Part shown: positions 37,823-47,194 of the stretch, piece by piece
How positions within the stretch are numbered: position 1 is the stretch's first letter
How the letters are laid out: each line of letters starts with the position of its first letter
NCBI GenBank assembly: GCA_963832445.1
Contig: CAWHUM010000026.1
Span: forward strand, 232,517 to 296,516
DNA from: an uncultured Alphaproteobacteria bacterium
Lineage (GTDB): Bacteria; Pseudomonadota; Alphaproteobacteria; Rhizobiales; Hyphomicrobiaceae
Reading direction: 5' to 3'
Length of the DNA stretch: 64,000 nt
Made by a program: the position numbers and the translations under genes
The notes under the pieces: model-generated
The model's database searches: none
What the model was told of the DNA's origin: nothing
Seen by the model: the letters and a program-made list of their open reading frames with translations, nothing else

Positions 37823-37911
37823 GTAGGTTGGGTCGAGCGGAGCGATGACCCAACACGACTCATGCCTCGGCTCTTCTTTTGTTGGGTCTGCGCTGCACTT
37901 GACCAACCTAC
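37823..37911. repeat. pair of REP hairpin units, same family as 15191/15338
   Basis: 'gtaggttgggtcgagcggagcgatgacccaacac' (37823-37856) and the opposite-orientation 'gttgggtctgcgctgcacttgaccaacctac' (37881-37911). Confidence 0.8.
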
Positions 37912-37933
37912 AGCACGGGCCTGGCCCCTTCAC

Positions 37934-38815
37934 TCATGCCCAGCCCTTTGGCTTCCAGGCCGCCTTGTGCTTGGGCTTCGCCTCCGCTTCGTCGGAGTCG
38001 AATTCGGCAATCCCAAGCTCGCTCACGGCGCGCGGCCCCAGCTGCTCGATCAGCACCCGCCGCTTGACGGGCTCGACGTTGCCGGGTTGCAGGTCGAGCA
38101 GCTGGAACGGCCCGAAGGAGATGCGGATCAGCCGGTTCACCGTGAGACCTAGCCTCTCCAGGATCTTGCGCACCTCGCGATTCTTGCCCTCGCGCAGACC
38201 GAGCGTGAGCCACACGTTTGAGCCCTGCGGCTTGTCGAGCGCGGCCTCGATTCCGCCGTAGCGGACGCCCTCGATCTCGACGCCCTCTTTCAGCTTATCG
38301 AGCGCTTCCTGGGTGACGGCACCGTGCGCGCGCACGCGGTAGCGGCGCATCCAGCCGGTGGCGGGCAGCTCCAGGTGGCGGGCCAGCGCGCCGTCGTTGG
38401 TGAGAAGCAGCAGCCCTTCCGTGTTGAAGTCGAGGCGGCCAATGGAGATCACGCGCGGCAGGTGCTCGGGCAGCTTGTCGAATACCGTCGGCCGACCCTG
38501 GGGATCGGCGTGCGTGGTGACGAGGCCCTTGGGCTTGTGGTAGCGCCACAGGCGCGGCGGCTCGGGGCTGGGGAGGGGGTTGCCGTCGACCAGGATGCGG
38601 TCCGCGGGGGAGACGTCGCGCGCCGGGCTCGTCAGCGTCTCGCCGTTGACGCTGACGCGCCCTTCCGCGATCCAGCGCTCGGCCTCGCGGCGCGAGCACA
38701 GCCCCGCCCGCGCCAGCGCCTTGGCGATGCGCATGGGCTCTGAGGCGGCAGGGACGGCGTCGCGGCGTTGACCGCGCGGGCCTTTGTTGGGCATGGATTG
38801 CACGAACTCGTTCAT
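37934..38815 (-). CDS. RsuA/RluB-family pseudouridine synthase (S4 domain + catalytic domain)
   Basis: 'MRIAKALARAGLCSRREAERWI' is the S4 domain and 'GRLDFNTEGLLLLTNDG' the catalytic Asp motif. Start is 38815 or 38794. Confidence 0.85.
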   Translation of the reverse strand: MNEFVQSMPNKGPRGQRRDAVPAASEPMRIAKALARAGLCSRREAERWIAEGRVSVNGETLTSPARDVSPADRILVDGNPLPSPEPPRLWRYHKPKGLVTTHADPQGRPTVFDKLPEHLPRVISIGRLDFNTEGLLLLTNDGALARHLELPATGWMRRYRVRAHGAVTQEALDKLKEGVEIEGVRYGGIEAALDKPQGSNVWLTLGLREGKNREVRKILERLGLTVNRLIRISFGPFQLLDLQPGNVEPVKRRVLIEQLGPRAVSELGIAEFDSDEAEAKPKHKAAWKPKGWA

Positions 38816-38839
38816 CAAAACGGCCTGGGAGCCGCCTAT

Positions 38840-39298
38840 ATGACACCGCGCCCGCCGCAGGGCCATATGCTGACCGCCTTGGCCGAGGCCGAGGCAGCGG
38901 CTCAGCGCGGCGAGGTGCCGGTCGGTGCCGTGCTGGTCGATGCACAAGGCCAAGTGCTGGCTCGCGCGGGCAATCGCACGCGCGAGCTTGCCGACCCGAC
39001 GGCACACGCCGAGATGCTGGCGATCCGCGCGGCCTGCGCCGCGCTGGGATCGGAGCGGCTGACGGGCTGCGACCTCTACGTCACGCTCGAGCCCTGCCCG
39101 ATGTGCGCGGCTGCCATCTCGTTCGCGCGCATCCGCCGGCTCTACTTCGGGGCGACCGATCCCAAGGGCGGCGGTGTGGAGCACGGTGCGCGCATTTTCA
39201 GCCAGCCGACGTGCCACCACGCGCCTGAGGTCTACGGCGGGATCGTGGAGATGCGCGCGTCTGCGCTGCTGCGGGCGTTTTTCGCTGCGCGCCGTTGA
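38840..39298 (+). CDS. tadA: tRNA adenosine(34) deaminase
   Basis: 'HAEMLAIR' and 'PCPMCAAA' zinc-binding motifs. ATG is at 38840 (alternative 38867). Confidence 0.85.
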   Translation: MTPRPPQGHMLTALAEAEAAAQRGEVPVGAVLVDAQGQVLARAGNRTRELADPTAHAEMLAIRAACAALGSERLTGCDLYVTLEPCPMCAAAISFARIRRLYFGATDPKGGGVEHGARIFSQPTCHHAPEVYGGIVEMRASALLRAFFAARR

Positions 39299-39992
39299 GG
39301 CCGCGCTTGCGCGCCCTGCCGCTGCCGTTGCGGGGCCCCCTGGCCTGCGCTTTGCCATTCGGCTGGCGCAGCTCCTGCGCGGGGCGGATCGGCACGATGC
39401 CGTGGCGCTTGTAGAGCTTGCCGAGCTCCTCCCAGTCGCGCACCACTACGTCGTAGAGCCAGCCGTAGCTCCGCAGCCGCTGGGCCCTGGCGAGCGCCAT
39501 CGTCCGCTCGCGGCCGATGAACTCGGACGTGGCCGCCAGCTCCAGCCAGTTGACTACCAGGTGCTCGTAGGTGGCGTCGTAGCCGCGTGCGCCGCCGTTG
39601 GCGACGTCGATGGGCGCTTGCGGGTAGCGTCGCACCAGCTCGTCCATGAACGGGGCGACCATGTCGCGCTCGGGCGTGCCGAGATACCACAGGTACCAGT
39701 GCATCTGCTCGTGCAGGTAGGTCGAGAGCAGCAAATCCTCGGATGTGGCGAAACGGTTGCCGAGCGTCAGCACCGGGCGGGCGAAGGTTTCCCCGCCCGG
39801 CACGATGCACACGATATTGGTGTACTCGTAGCGGGAGAGGTCGTGCCGGCGCCTGAGCGCAGCGAGCAGATTGCGCATGCGCTCGGCCTCGCGCTTGGCG
39901 TGGTCGAGATCGACGTGGATCTGGAACCGGCCCGAATCTGCTCGTGTATCTGCCCGTGCCACCCGGAGGCTCCCGTTTGCGGCCTGCAACAT
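39198..39992 (-). CDS. hypothetical protein with an HExxH motif
   Basis: 264 aa. 'LHEQMHWYLW' contains HExxH. The basic low-complexity C-terminal tail overlaps tadA by 101 nt, so the true 3' end is doubtful. Confidence 0.5.
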   Translation of the reverse strand: MLQAANGSLRVARADTRADSGRFQIHVDLDHAKREAERMRNLLAALRRRHDLSRYEYTNIVCIVPGGETFARPVLTLGNRFATSEDLLLSTYLHEQMHWYLWYLGTPERDMVAPFMDELVRRYPQAPIDVANGGARGYDATYEHLVVNWLELAATSEFIGRERTMALARAQRLRSYGWLYDVVVRDWEELGKLYKRHGIVPIRPAQELRQPNGKAQARGPRNGSGRARKRGLNGAQRKTPAAAQTRASPRSRRRPQARGGTSAG

Positions 39993-40045
39993 GAGCAATG
40001 CGCTCGGCCAGCGATAGGGTCGGGCTCAACCGCGCTGTGGATTTT

Positions 40046-40912
40046 TCAGGCGTGGGCTGCAAGCCGCTGCGAAAGCCGCCGTTTCAGCTCATCCTTGGCA
40101 CCTTGTGACGCCTCGAGGATTTCCGCGATTCGGAAGAAGTCGAAGGCGGCATAGCCGCCGACCGCGGGACGAATCAGTATGTCGGGTGCCACCGATTTCA
40201 GTTTCTCGCGCGTGATGGAGTGGAACAGCAGCTGGGCAGCGCCTGTCATGGCCTCGAACGGGCCAGGCACCTTGACGCCGGGCCGGCGCTGCGGATCGCC
40301 GGTGACGTCCACCGCAATCGTGATGTCGGCACGGTGCATGACGACGTCGAAAGGAATCGGATTGACATAGCCGCCGTCGATCAGCACGCGGCCCTGGAGC
40401 ACCACCGGCCGTGCCCACGCCGGCAGCGCGCAGCTCGCGGCGAGCGCCGGGATCACGGGGCCGTGGTCGATGACGACCTGCTCGATGGCATAGAAATCGG
40501 CGGCGATCGCCACGAACGGAATCTTGAGCGCCTCGAAATCGCAATGCAGGACGTCGGGCAGCAGCATCTCGAACAAGGTGACGTTGTCGATGACGCGCGG
40601 CGAGCGGGGGCTCCAGAGCGTCGACAGTCCCCCGCGCAGCTTGCCGGCGAAGCTCTTCAAAAAAGCGGTGGGGCTGGTGCACAGACGCTCGAAGTCCCGC
40701 CTGATCTCGGCCGCCGAAAGGCCAGCCGCATAGAGCGCGCCGACGATCGAGCCCATGGAGGTGCCGGCGATCGCCACTGGCTTGACGCCGAGCTCGTCGA
40801 GGGCTTCCAGCATGACGATGTGGGCGAGCCCGCGCGCCGAGCCGCCGCCCAGCGCCAGCGCCACGCGCGGGCCGACCCCGCGGAACGTGTCGGCCGCGGG
40901 CTCCTCGGTCAT
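40046..40912 (-). CDS. patatin-like phospholipase
   Basis: 'GGGSARGLAHI' oxyanion motif, 'GTSMGS' lipase serine, and a downstream 'DGG' aspartate. Confidence 0.85.
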   Translation of the reverse strand: MTEEPAADTFRGVGPRVALALGGGSARGLAHIVMLEALDELGVKPVAIAGTSMGSIVGALYAAGLSAAEIRRDFERLCTSPTAFLKSFAGKLRGGLSTLWSPRSPRVIDNVTLFEMLLPDVLHCDFEALKIPFVAIAADFYAIEQVVIDHGPVIPALAASCALPAWARPVVLQGRVLIDGGYVNPIPFDVVMHRADITIAVDVTGDPQRRPGVKVPGPFEAMTGAAQLLFHSITREKLKSVAPDILIRPAVGGYAAFDFFRIAEILEASQGAKDELKRRLSQRLAAHA

Positions 40913-41877
40913 GCTGGGTGTTTCCGCGTGGTGAGGCGCTTGAGGCCCGGAAGGCGCTTCTTGCGTCGGGTGGGGCTGTCGGGCGCAATGGCGGCCGGCG
41001 CCACCTCCGCCGTGTGACTTGTGAGCACGCGCTCGAGCTGGCGCTTGAGCTGCTCCTTGGCTCCGCCGGCAGCGCCCAGCACCTGCTCGAAGCGATGAAA
41101 CTCGAGCGCGTGAAACTCGTCGACCTCCACATCGACGTAGATGTCGGGCTGCTGGGCTTTGAGCTTCTCGCGCACGATCGAGCGCTGCAGGATCTGCGAG
41201 GAGGCCATCAGGGCGGCCACGGCGGTGGGCTGCAAGCGCTTGCCCGGACCCAGGGAGGCGCCGCTGACGTCGATGGCGACGGTGATGTCGGCGCTGCCGT
41301 TCAGCACGTCGAACGGGAGCGGATTGACGAGGCCGCCATCCATCAGCACGCGGCCCTCGCGTGTGACCGGCGTGAACAGCGCAGGCAGCGCCATGCTGGC
41401 GGCAATCGCGCTCCTGAGGTCGCCCTGGTCGATCACGACCTGCTCCTGGGCGTAGAAGTCGGTCGCCACCACCCTGAGCGGGATGGCGAGATGGGCAAAG
41501 TCGCGTGCGACCTTGGAGGGCAGCATGAGGTCGAGCAGCACGGTGGGCTCGAGCAGCGAGGATCTCAGCGGCAACACGTTCAAGAGCTTGAATACCGGCT
41601 CGGAACGGGCCGTCAGCAGGTAGCGGGCAAGCCCCAGGCGCTGGCCCAGCACCTCCTCGGTGTGGGCCTTGATGAGGCGGGCGGAGAGGCCCGAGGCATA
41701 GGCAGCGCCGAACAGGGCGCCGATCGACGTGCCGGCGATGATGCGGGGCTTGAGCCCCATCTCGTCGAACACCTCGAGCATCAGGATGTGGGCGATCCCG
41801 CGCGCGCCGCCGCCGCCGAGCGCCAGCGCTATGCTGGGATGCTTGGCCGGCAGCGTCGTCTTGGCGCGGTGAGTCAT
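40909..41877 (-). CDS. patatin-like phospholipase (paralogue)
   Basis: 'GGGGARGIAHI', 'GTSIGA' and 'DGG' motifs. Start is at 'MTHRAK'. Its stop overlaps the downstream ATG (ATGA). Confidence 0.85.
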   Translation of the reverse strand: MTHRAKTTLPAKHPSIALALGGGGARGIAHILMLEVFDEMGLKPRIIAGTSIGALFGAAYASGLSARLIKAHTEEVLGQRLGLARYLLTARSEPVFKLLNVLPLRSSLLEPTVLLDLMLPSKVARDFAHLAIPLRVVATDFYAQEQVVIDQGDLRSAIAASMALPALFTPVTREGRVLMDGGLVNPLPFDVLNGSADITVAIDVSGASLGPGKRLQPTAVAALMASSQILQRSIVREKLKAQQPDIYVDVEVDEFHALEFHRFEQVLGAAGGAKEQLKRQLERVLTSHTAEVAPAAIAPDSPTRRKKRLPGLKRLTTRKHPA

Positions 41878-42788
41878 CTGGGCGCTACCTCTTGCGAGGT
41901 GAGGAACGGCAAGAGCGCGGCCAGCGTGTCTCGCGGATTCTCCTCGGCGAGGAAGTGCCCCGAGGTCACCGAGGCCCCGCTGACATTGCTGCACCAGGGG
42001 CGCCAGGTGTCGAGCGGGCCGCCGGCCAGATAGTCGCTGGCGTAGAGCACCAGCGTCGGGCAGGCGATCTTCCGCCCCGCCGCCTTGTCGGCGTCATCGA
42101 GCTTGCGGTCGACGGTGGCGCCGGCGCGATAATCCTCGCAGATGGCGTGCACGCTGGCCGGGCTCTGCATCAGCGCACGGTAATGCGCCAGGGCCTCGGG
42201 AGAGAACGGCGTCAGGTCGCGCGTCTTGGCCCAGCTCGCAAGCGTGTGCTCGAGGTAGTAGTCGGGATCGTTGCCGATCAGCGTCTCGGGGAGCGGGTGC
42301 GGTTGAGCAAGGAACGTCCAGTGGTAGGCCCTGAGGGCCCAGCCTGCGTTGGCGCGCTGCCACACCTCGCCGGTCGGGATGATGTCTATGGGCACGAGCG
42401 CGGCCACAGCCTCGGGGTGATCAAGCGCCAGCCGGTAGGCGACGCGGCCGCCGCGGTCATGGCCTGCCAGCATGAAGCGCGGATGGCCTAGCGCGCGCAT
42501 CAGCGCCAGGCAATCCTCGGCCATGGCGCGCTTGGAGTAGATCGTATGCTCGGCATCGCCTGGCGGCGCCGAGCTTGCGCCATAGCCCCGCAGGTCGGCG
42601 ATGACGAGCGTGCAATGCCGCGCCAGCTCGGGTGCAACCTTGTGCCAGCACACGTGTGTCTCGGGATACCCGTGCAGCAGGAGCAGCGGCGGCCCGGAAC
42701 CGCCGACGCGGGCATATATCTCGACGCCGGGTGCAGTCTTGACGCGCCGCTCGGCGAGGCTGGGAAACAGGTCGGGCAGGGCGCTCAT
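41874..42788 (-). CDS. alpha/beta hydrolase (epoxide hydrolase / haloacetate dehalogenase-like, Asp nucleophile)
   Basis: '[11 protein letters not shown]' and '[12 protein letters not shown]' motifs, plus a C-terminal 'GHF' histidine. ATGA overlaps occur at both ends. Confidence 0.8.
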   Translation of the reverse strand: MSALPDLFPSLAERRVKTAPGVEIYARVGGSGPPLLLLHGYPETHVCWHKVAPELARHCTLVIADLRGYGASSAPPGDAEHTIYSKRAMAEDCLALMRALGHPRFMLAGHDRGGRVAYRLALDHPEAVAALVPIDIIPTGEVWQRANAGWALRAYHWTFLAQPHPLPETLIGNDPDYYLEHTLASWAKTRDLTPFSPEALAHYRALMQSPASVHAICEDYRAGATVDRKLDDADKAAGRKIACPTLVLYASDYLAGGPLDTWRPWCSNVSGASVTSGHFLAEENPRDTLAALLPFLTSQEVAPR

Positions 42789-44068
42789 GACCTTTCCCGC
42801 TCCCGCTGCAGCGCCCGCCAACCGATGTCGGAGCGGCAGAAGCCGTCCGGCCAGTCGATCTTGGCCACCGCTCGGTAGGCACGGCCCTGCGCCTCGGCGA
42901 CGGTCTTGCCGCGCGCGGCAACGTTGAGCACGCGCCCGCCAGCAGCAAGCAGGCGATCACCCTCTTGCACCGTGCCTGCGTGGAAGATTTCCACGCCTTC
43001 CACAGCGCCGGCCGCATCGAGGCCGCGGATCTCGCTGCCCTTGGCATAGTCGCCGGGATAGCCCTTGGCGGCCATCACGACGGCGAGCGCGGTGTCGTCG
43101 TGCCAGCGCAGATCGAAGGTCTTGAGCACGCCGTCGGCGGTGGCGAGGAGGGCGGCCAGCAGGTCCGACTTCAGGCGCAGCATCAGCACCTGGCATTCGG
43201 GATCGCCGAAACGCACGTTGTACTCGATGAGCTTCGGGCCGGCCTCGGTGACCATCAGCCCGGCGAACAGCACGCCTTTGAACGGGGTGCCGCGTGCCGC
43301 CATGCCCTTCACCGTCGGCCAGATGATCTCCTCCATCGTGCGGCGGGTGATGTCTGCCGTCATCACGGGCGCAGGTGAATAGGCGCCCATGCCGCCCGTA
43401 TTGGGGCCCTGCTCGCCATCGAAGGCGCGCTTGTGGTCCTGTGCGGCAACGAGAGGAAGTGCGTGGGCGCCATCGATCAGCGCAAAGAAGCTCGCCTCCT
43501 CGCCGACGAGGCACTCCTCGATCACCACCTCGGCGCCCGCCGCGCCGAACGCCCCGGAAAAGCACTGCTCGATCGCCGCGGTGGCGGCCTCGCGCGTCTC
43601 GGCCACCGTCACGCCCTTGCCGGCGGCGAGCCCGTCGGCCTTGACGACGATCGGCACGGGCTGCCGGGCGAGATGGGCAAGGGCGGCCTGCTTATCCTTG
43701 AAGCGGGCATAGGCCGCCGTGGGAATACCGAACTCGGTGCAGAAGTCCTTGGTGAAACCCTTGGAGCCTTCGAGCTGCGCGGCAGCCTTGGAGGGCCCGA
43801 ACACCTTGATTCGCGCCGCCGCCAGGTCGTCGGCGAGGCCCGCCACCAGCGGCGCTTCGGGTCCGATCACCACCAGGCCAATATCCCTGGCACGGCAGAA
43901 ATCGACGACGGCGGCGTGGTCGCCCACGTCCAGCGCGACGCATTCCGCGACTTGCGCAATCCCCGCATTCCCCGGAGCGCAGTAGAGTGTGGACAACTGC
44001 GGGCTGGCTGAAAGGGCCCAGGCCAGCGCGTGCTCGCGGCCGCCGGAACCGATCAGCAGGACGTTCAT
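42785..44068 (-). CDS. purD: phosphoribosylamine--glycine ligase
   Basis: '[19 protein letters not shown]' followed by an ATP-grasp core, 427 aa. Confidence 0.95.
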   Translation of the reverse strand: MNVLLIGSGGREHALAWALSASPQLSTLYCAPGNAGIAQVAECVALDVGDHAAVVDFCRARDIGLVVIGPEAPLVAGLADDLAAARIKVFGPSKAAAQLEGSKGFTKDFCTEFGIPTAAYARFKDKQAALAHLARQPVPIVVKADGLAAGKGVTVAETREAATAAIEQCFSGAFGAAGAEVVIEECLVGEEASFFALIDGAHALPLVAAQDHKRAFDGEQGPNTGGMGAYSPAPVMTADITRRTMEEIIWPTVKGMAARGTPFKGVLFAGLMVTEAGPKLIEYNVRFGDPECQVLMLRLKSDLLAALLATADGVLKTFDLRWHDDTALAVVMAAKGYPGDYAKGSEIRGLDAAGAVEGVEIFHAGTVQEGDRLLAAGGRVLNVAARGKTVAEAQGRAYRAVAKIDWPDGFCRSDIGWRALQRERERS

Positions 44069-44164
44069 GGGCAAGCCCCGCGAAAACCTTGGAAAGACCC
44101 AGCAATTGACCGCATCGCGCCGCGCCCTCATGTATCATCGAATGAGAGCCGAACAAAGCCAGGG

Positions 44165-45784
44165 GTGATCGTGAACGAGCCTGCCGCCAGCGCCGCCCGA
44201 CAAGGCGCAAATCTGGGCGCCAATCTGCCGGAGTTCTCGGTATCGGAGCTGAGCTTCGCCATCAAGCGCACGCTCGAGGGCGCGTACGGCTATGTGCGCC
44301 TGAGGGGCGAGATTTCGGGCTTCCGCGGCGCGCATTCCTCCGGCCACTGCTATTTCTCGCTCAAGGACGAGAAGGCCCGCATCGAGGCCGTGATCTGGCG
44401 CACCACGGTACAGGGGCTGCGCGTGAAGCCGGCGGAGGGGCTGGAGGTGATCGCCACGGGACGCGTCACCACCTATCCCGGCTCGTCCCGCTACCAGATC
44501 GTCATCGATGCGCTGGAGCCGGCGGGAATAGGCGCATTGATGGCGCTGCTCGAGGAGCGCAAGAAACAACTTGCAGCCGAGGGCCTGTTCGACGCCGCCA
44601 AGAAACGGAAGCTGCCGTTCCTGCCGCGCGTGATCGGCGTGATCACCTCGCCGACGGGCGCCGTCATCCGCGACATGCTGGCGGGCTTTGCCGAGCGGTT
44701 CCCGGCCCGCGTGCTGCTGTGGCCCGTGCGCGTGCAGGGCGAGACGTGCGCGGCCGAGGTGGCGGCCGCGATCAGGGGCTTCAACGCGATCGAGCCCAGC
44801 GGACCGGTGCCCAGGCCCGACGTGCTGATTGTCGCGCGAGGCGGCGGCAGCCTGGAGGACCTTTGGGGCTTCAACGACGAGATGGTGGTGCGCGCAGCGG
44901 CCGCGAGCGCCATCCCGCTGATCGCCGCGGTCGGTCACGAGACCGATTGGACGCTGATCGATCTGGTTGCCGACGCGCGGGCGCCGACGCCCACCAAGGC
45001 TGCGGAATGGGCGGTGCCCAAGCACGGCGAGCTGGTGGAGCAGACGAAGAAGCTCGAGTTGCGCCTTACCGTTGCCGCCCGCCGCGTGCTGGAAGGCATG
45101 CGCGCGCATTGGCGCGCGGCGGCACGCGGGCTGCCGCGCCGGCAGGCGCTGACCGAGTTGCCGCGCCAGCGCTTCGATGACATTGAGCGTCGACTCGGCA
45201 AGGCCTTGCTGGCCAACGCGCGCACGCACGAGCGGCGTTTCGTCGGTGCCGCCTCAAAGCTGGCGCCCACCTTGCTGCATCGCCGCATGGAGCGCGCACG
45301 GGACCGTCTGGAAGCGTTGGGCCGGCGCGCGGACGCCTCACTGCAGCGGATCACGGGGCCGCGGCGCACGCGGCTGGAGCGGACCGCTGGCCGTCTCAGT
45401 CTGCAATCGGTGCGCCAGCAGGTGATGCGATCCAGGGAACGCGCCGAAATTTTGGGCACCAGGTTGCGGCAATCTGTGCTCCACGCGGTGGGAAAGCATC
45501 GGCGCCATCTCGATGCTTCCGCCAAGCTTCTCGCCTCGCTCGGCTACCACGGGGTTCTGCAGCGCGGATTTGCCCTGGTGCGCGACAGCCAAGGCCGCAG
45601 CGTGCGCTCGGCGGCACAGGTGGTCGCAGGCCAGCACCTCGACATCGAGCTGGCCGACGGACAGGTCGGAGCGCAGGTGACAGGCGAGGCCAGGAAACCC
45701 GATAAGCCCAAAGCGGCGCCCGCGGTGACGCCCGCGCCCCGGCGGTTGGCTCGGCAAGGCGGCAGCCAGGGGTCGCTGTTCTGA
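44165..45784 (+). CDS. xseA: exodeoxyribonuclease VII large subunit
   Basis: N-terminal OB fold 'VSELSFAIKRTLEGAYGYVRLRGEISGF', catalytic core, and a long helical C-terminus. The GTG at 44165 is assumed as the start. Confidence 0.9.
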   Translation: MIVNEPAASAARQGANLGANLPEFSVSELSFAIKRTLEGAYGYVRLRGEISGFRGAHSSGHCYFSLKDEKARIEAVIWRTTVQGLRVKPAEGLEVIATGRVTTYPGSSRYQIVIDALEPAGIGALMALLEERKKQLAAEGLFDAAKKRKLPFLPRVIGVITSPTGAVIRDMLAGFAERFPARVLLWPVRVQGETCAAEVAAAIRGFNAIEPSGPVPRPDVLIVARGGGSLEDLWGFNDEMVVRAAAASAIPLIAAVGHETDWTLIDLVADARAPTPTKAAEWAVPKHGELVEQTKKLELRLTVAARRVLEGMRAHWRAAARGLPRRQALTELPRQRFDDIERRLGKALLANARTHERRFVGAASKLAPTLLHRRMERARDRLEALGRRADASLQRITGPRRTRLERTAGRLSLQSVRQQVMRSRERAEILGTRLRQSVLHAVGKHRRHLDASAKLLASLGYHGVLQRGFALVRDSQGRSVRSAAQVVAGQHLDIELADGQVGAQVTGEARKPDKPKAAPAVTPAPRRLARQGGSQGSLF

Positions 45785-45898
45785 AGGCGCGTGCATCCTA
45801 TTCTATGACATCCGGAGGCTGCCTCGGTTCAGCGAGTTGAGGTATGGTGTGGCGCCTCGCGGGATATGCGATACCAAGAACGTTGAGGTCGAAAGGGC

Positions 45899-46129
45899 AT
45901 GAATCGGTTCGAACGGCTGTTGGGCCTCAAGGGAGAGGCCAAGCTGCGCTATCTCGACGGCGAGTTCCAGGTGCTGACGCCGGGCGATTTCGTGCGTTGC
46001 GCTGTCACCGGCGAGCCGATCGCGCTCCCCGACCTCAGATATTGGAGCGTGGAACGCCAGGAGGCCTACGCCAGCGCCGAGATTTCGTTCGAGCGAAATC
46101 GCGCCTCACGGGCGCGGACCAAGCCGTAG
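45899..46129 (+). CDS. DUF2093-type small protein
   Basis: 76 aa, 'AKLRYLDGEFQVLTPGDFVRCAVTG..YWSVERQEAY'. The family call is recalled from memory. Confidence 0.65.
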   Translation: MNRFERLLGLKGEAKLRYLDGEFQVLTPGDFVRCAVTGEPIALPDLRYWSVERQEAYASAEISFERNRASRARTKP

Positions 46130-46147
46130 CGCGCCGGGGCCAGCAGG

Positions 46148-47194
46148 CTAGCTACGCCTGCTCCGCCCCTTCAAAGCGCTATCGACCAGGGCGTTGAGGC
46201 GCTCGGCGTCGGGCTCGGCAAAGTGCAGCTTGATCGGCAGGGGGTGCGTGGCGGCCGCAAGCGCCGCAAGGGCGCCCGTTTGCGCACTCCCAATGCGGGC
46301 CAGGTCCTTTTCGGTGCTGACCAGTAGCGCTTGGTGCTTGCGCGCCAGCAGCAACAGATGTTCGGCATCGGCCGGCGCAAGGGTTTGGTGGTCGCGGAAG
46401 ATCACAGTCTCGGTCAGCTCCGCGCCCAGTGTTTCGAGCAAGCGAAAGAAGCGTTGCGGAGCGCCGATGCCGGCCCAGGCCACTACCGGCTGCTTGAGCC
46501 AGTTCGCATCGCCCGCTGCGACCGTGGTTGCGCGCAAGACGGGGCCATCGAACCGCTGCCTCAAGGATTGCGCCAAGGCGTCACCTGCTCCAGCCGGTGC
46601 CGCATTGACGACGATAGCGTCGGCGAGGCCGAGCTGAAACGCGAGGCTTGCACGCAGGGGCCCCGCCGGCATCACCCGGCCGTTGCCGAGACCGCGTGCC
46701 CCGTCGACGACGGCGATGGTCAGGTCCTTGGCGAGTTGCGGGTTTTGCATGCCGTCGTCCATTACGATGGCCGTTGCGGCCTCGGCCTCCGTCTCTACTG
46801 CACGGGCGCCCGCGCTTCTGTCACGCGCCACCAGCGTCGGGGCGGCACGCGCCAGCAGCAGCGCCTCGTCGCCGACGTCGCTGGCGGTGTCGCTGCCGCC
46901 GACCCAATGCGGGCCGGCGTGGCGGCCGCCATAGCCGCGGGTCAGCACCACGGGCCGCTGGCCGGCGCGCTCGATGAGGGCGCACAGATGCACCACCAGC
47001 GGTGTCTTGCCCGTTCCGCCGGCGGTGAAATTGCCGACGCAGATCACTGGCAGCCGAGAGCGGTAGGGGTCGGCCCGGGCGTGGCGTTGCGCGGCAGCCC
47101 AGCCGTAGATCGCCGCCAGCGGCTGAAGCAAAGTCGCCATCCGGCTGGGGCCCTCGCAATACCACCAGGCGGGCTCGTCAAGAGGCACGCGCAA
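46148..47194 (-). CDS. lpxK: tetraacyldisaccharide 4'-kinase
   Basis: P-loop 'VGNFTAGGTGKTP', 348 aa. It overlaps the waaA 3' end by 17 nt. Confidence 0.9.
   Translation of the reverse strand: MRVPLDEPAWWYCEGPSRMATLLQPLAAIYGWAAAQRHARADPYRSRLPVICVGNFTAGGTGKTPLVVHLCALIERAGQRPVVLTRGYGGRHAGPHWVGGSDTASDVGDEALLLARAAPTLVARDRSAGARAVETEAEAATAIVMDDGMQNPQLAKDLTIAVVDGARGLGNGRVMPAGPLRASLAFQLGLADAIVVNAAPAGAGDALAQSLRQRFDGPVLRATTVAAGDANWLKQPVVAWAGIGAPQRFFRLLETLGAELTETVIFRDHQTLAPADAEHLLLLARKHQALLVSTEKDLARIGSAQTGALAALAAATHPLPIKLHFAEPDAERLNALVDSALKGRSRRS

Noticed and set aside
45906-45914. tRNA T-loop-like 'ggttcgaac'.
   Set aside because: It lies inside the DUF2093 coding sequence, and no acceptor or anticodon stems can be drawn. 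I found no tRNA in the window.
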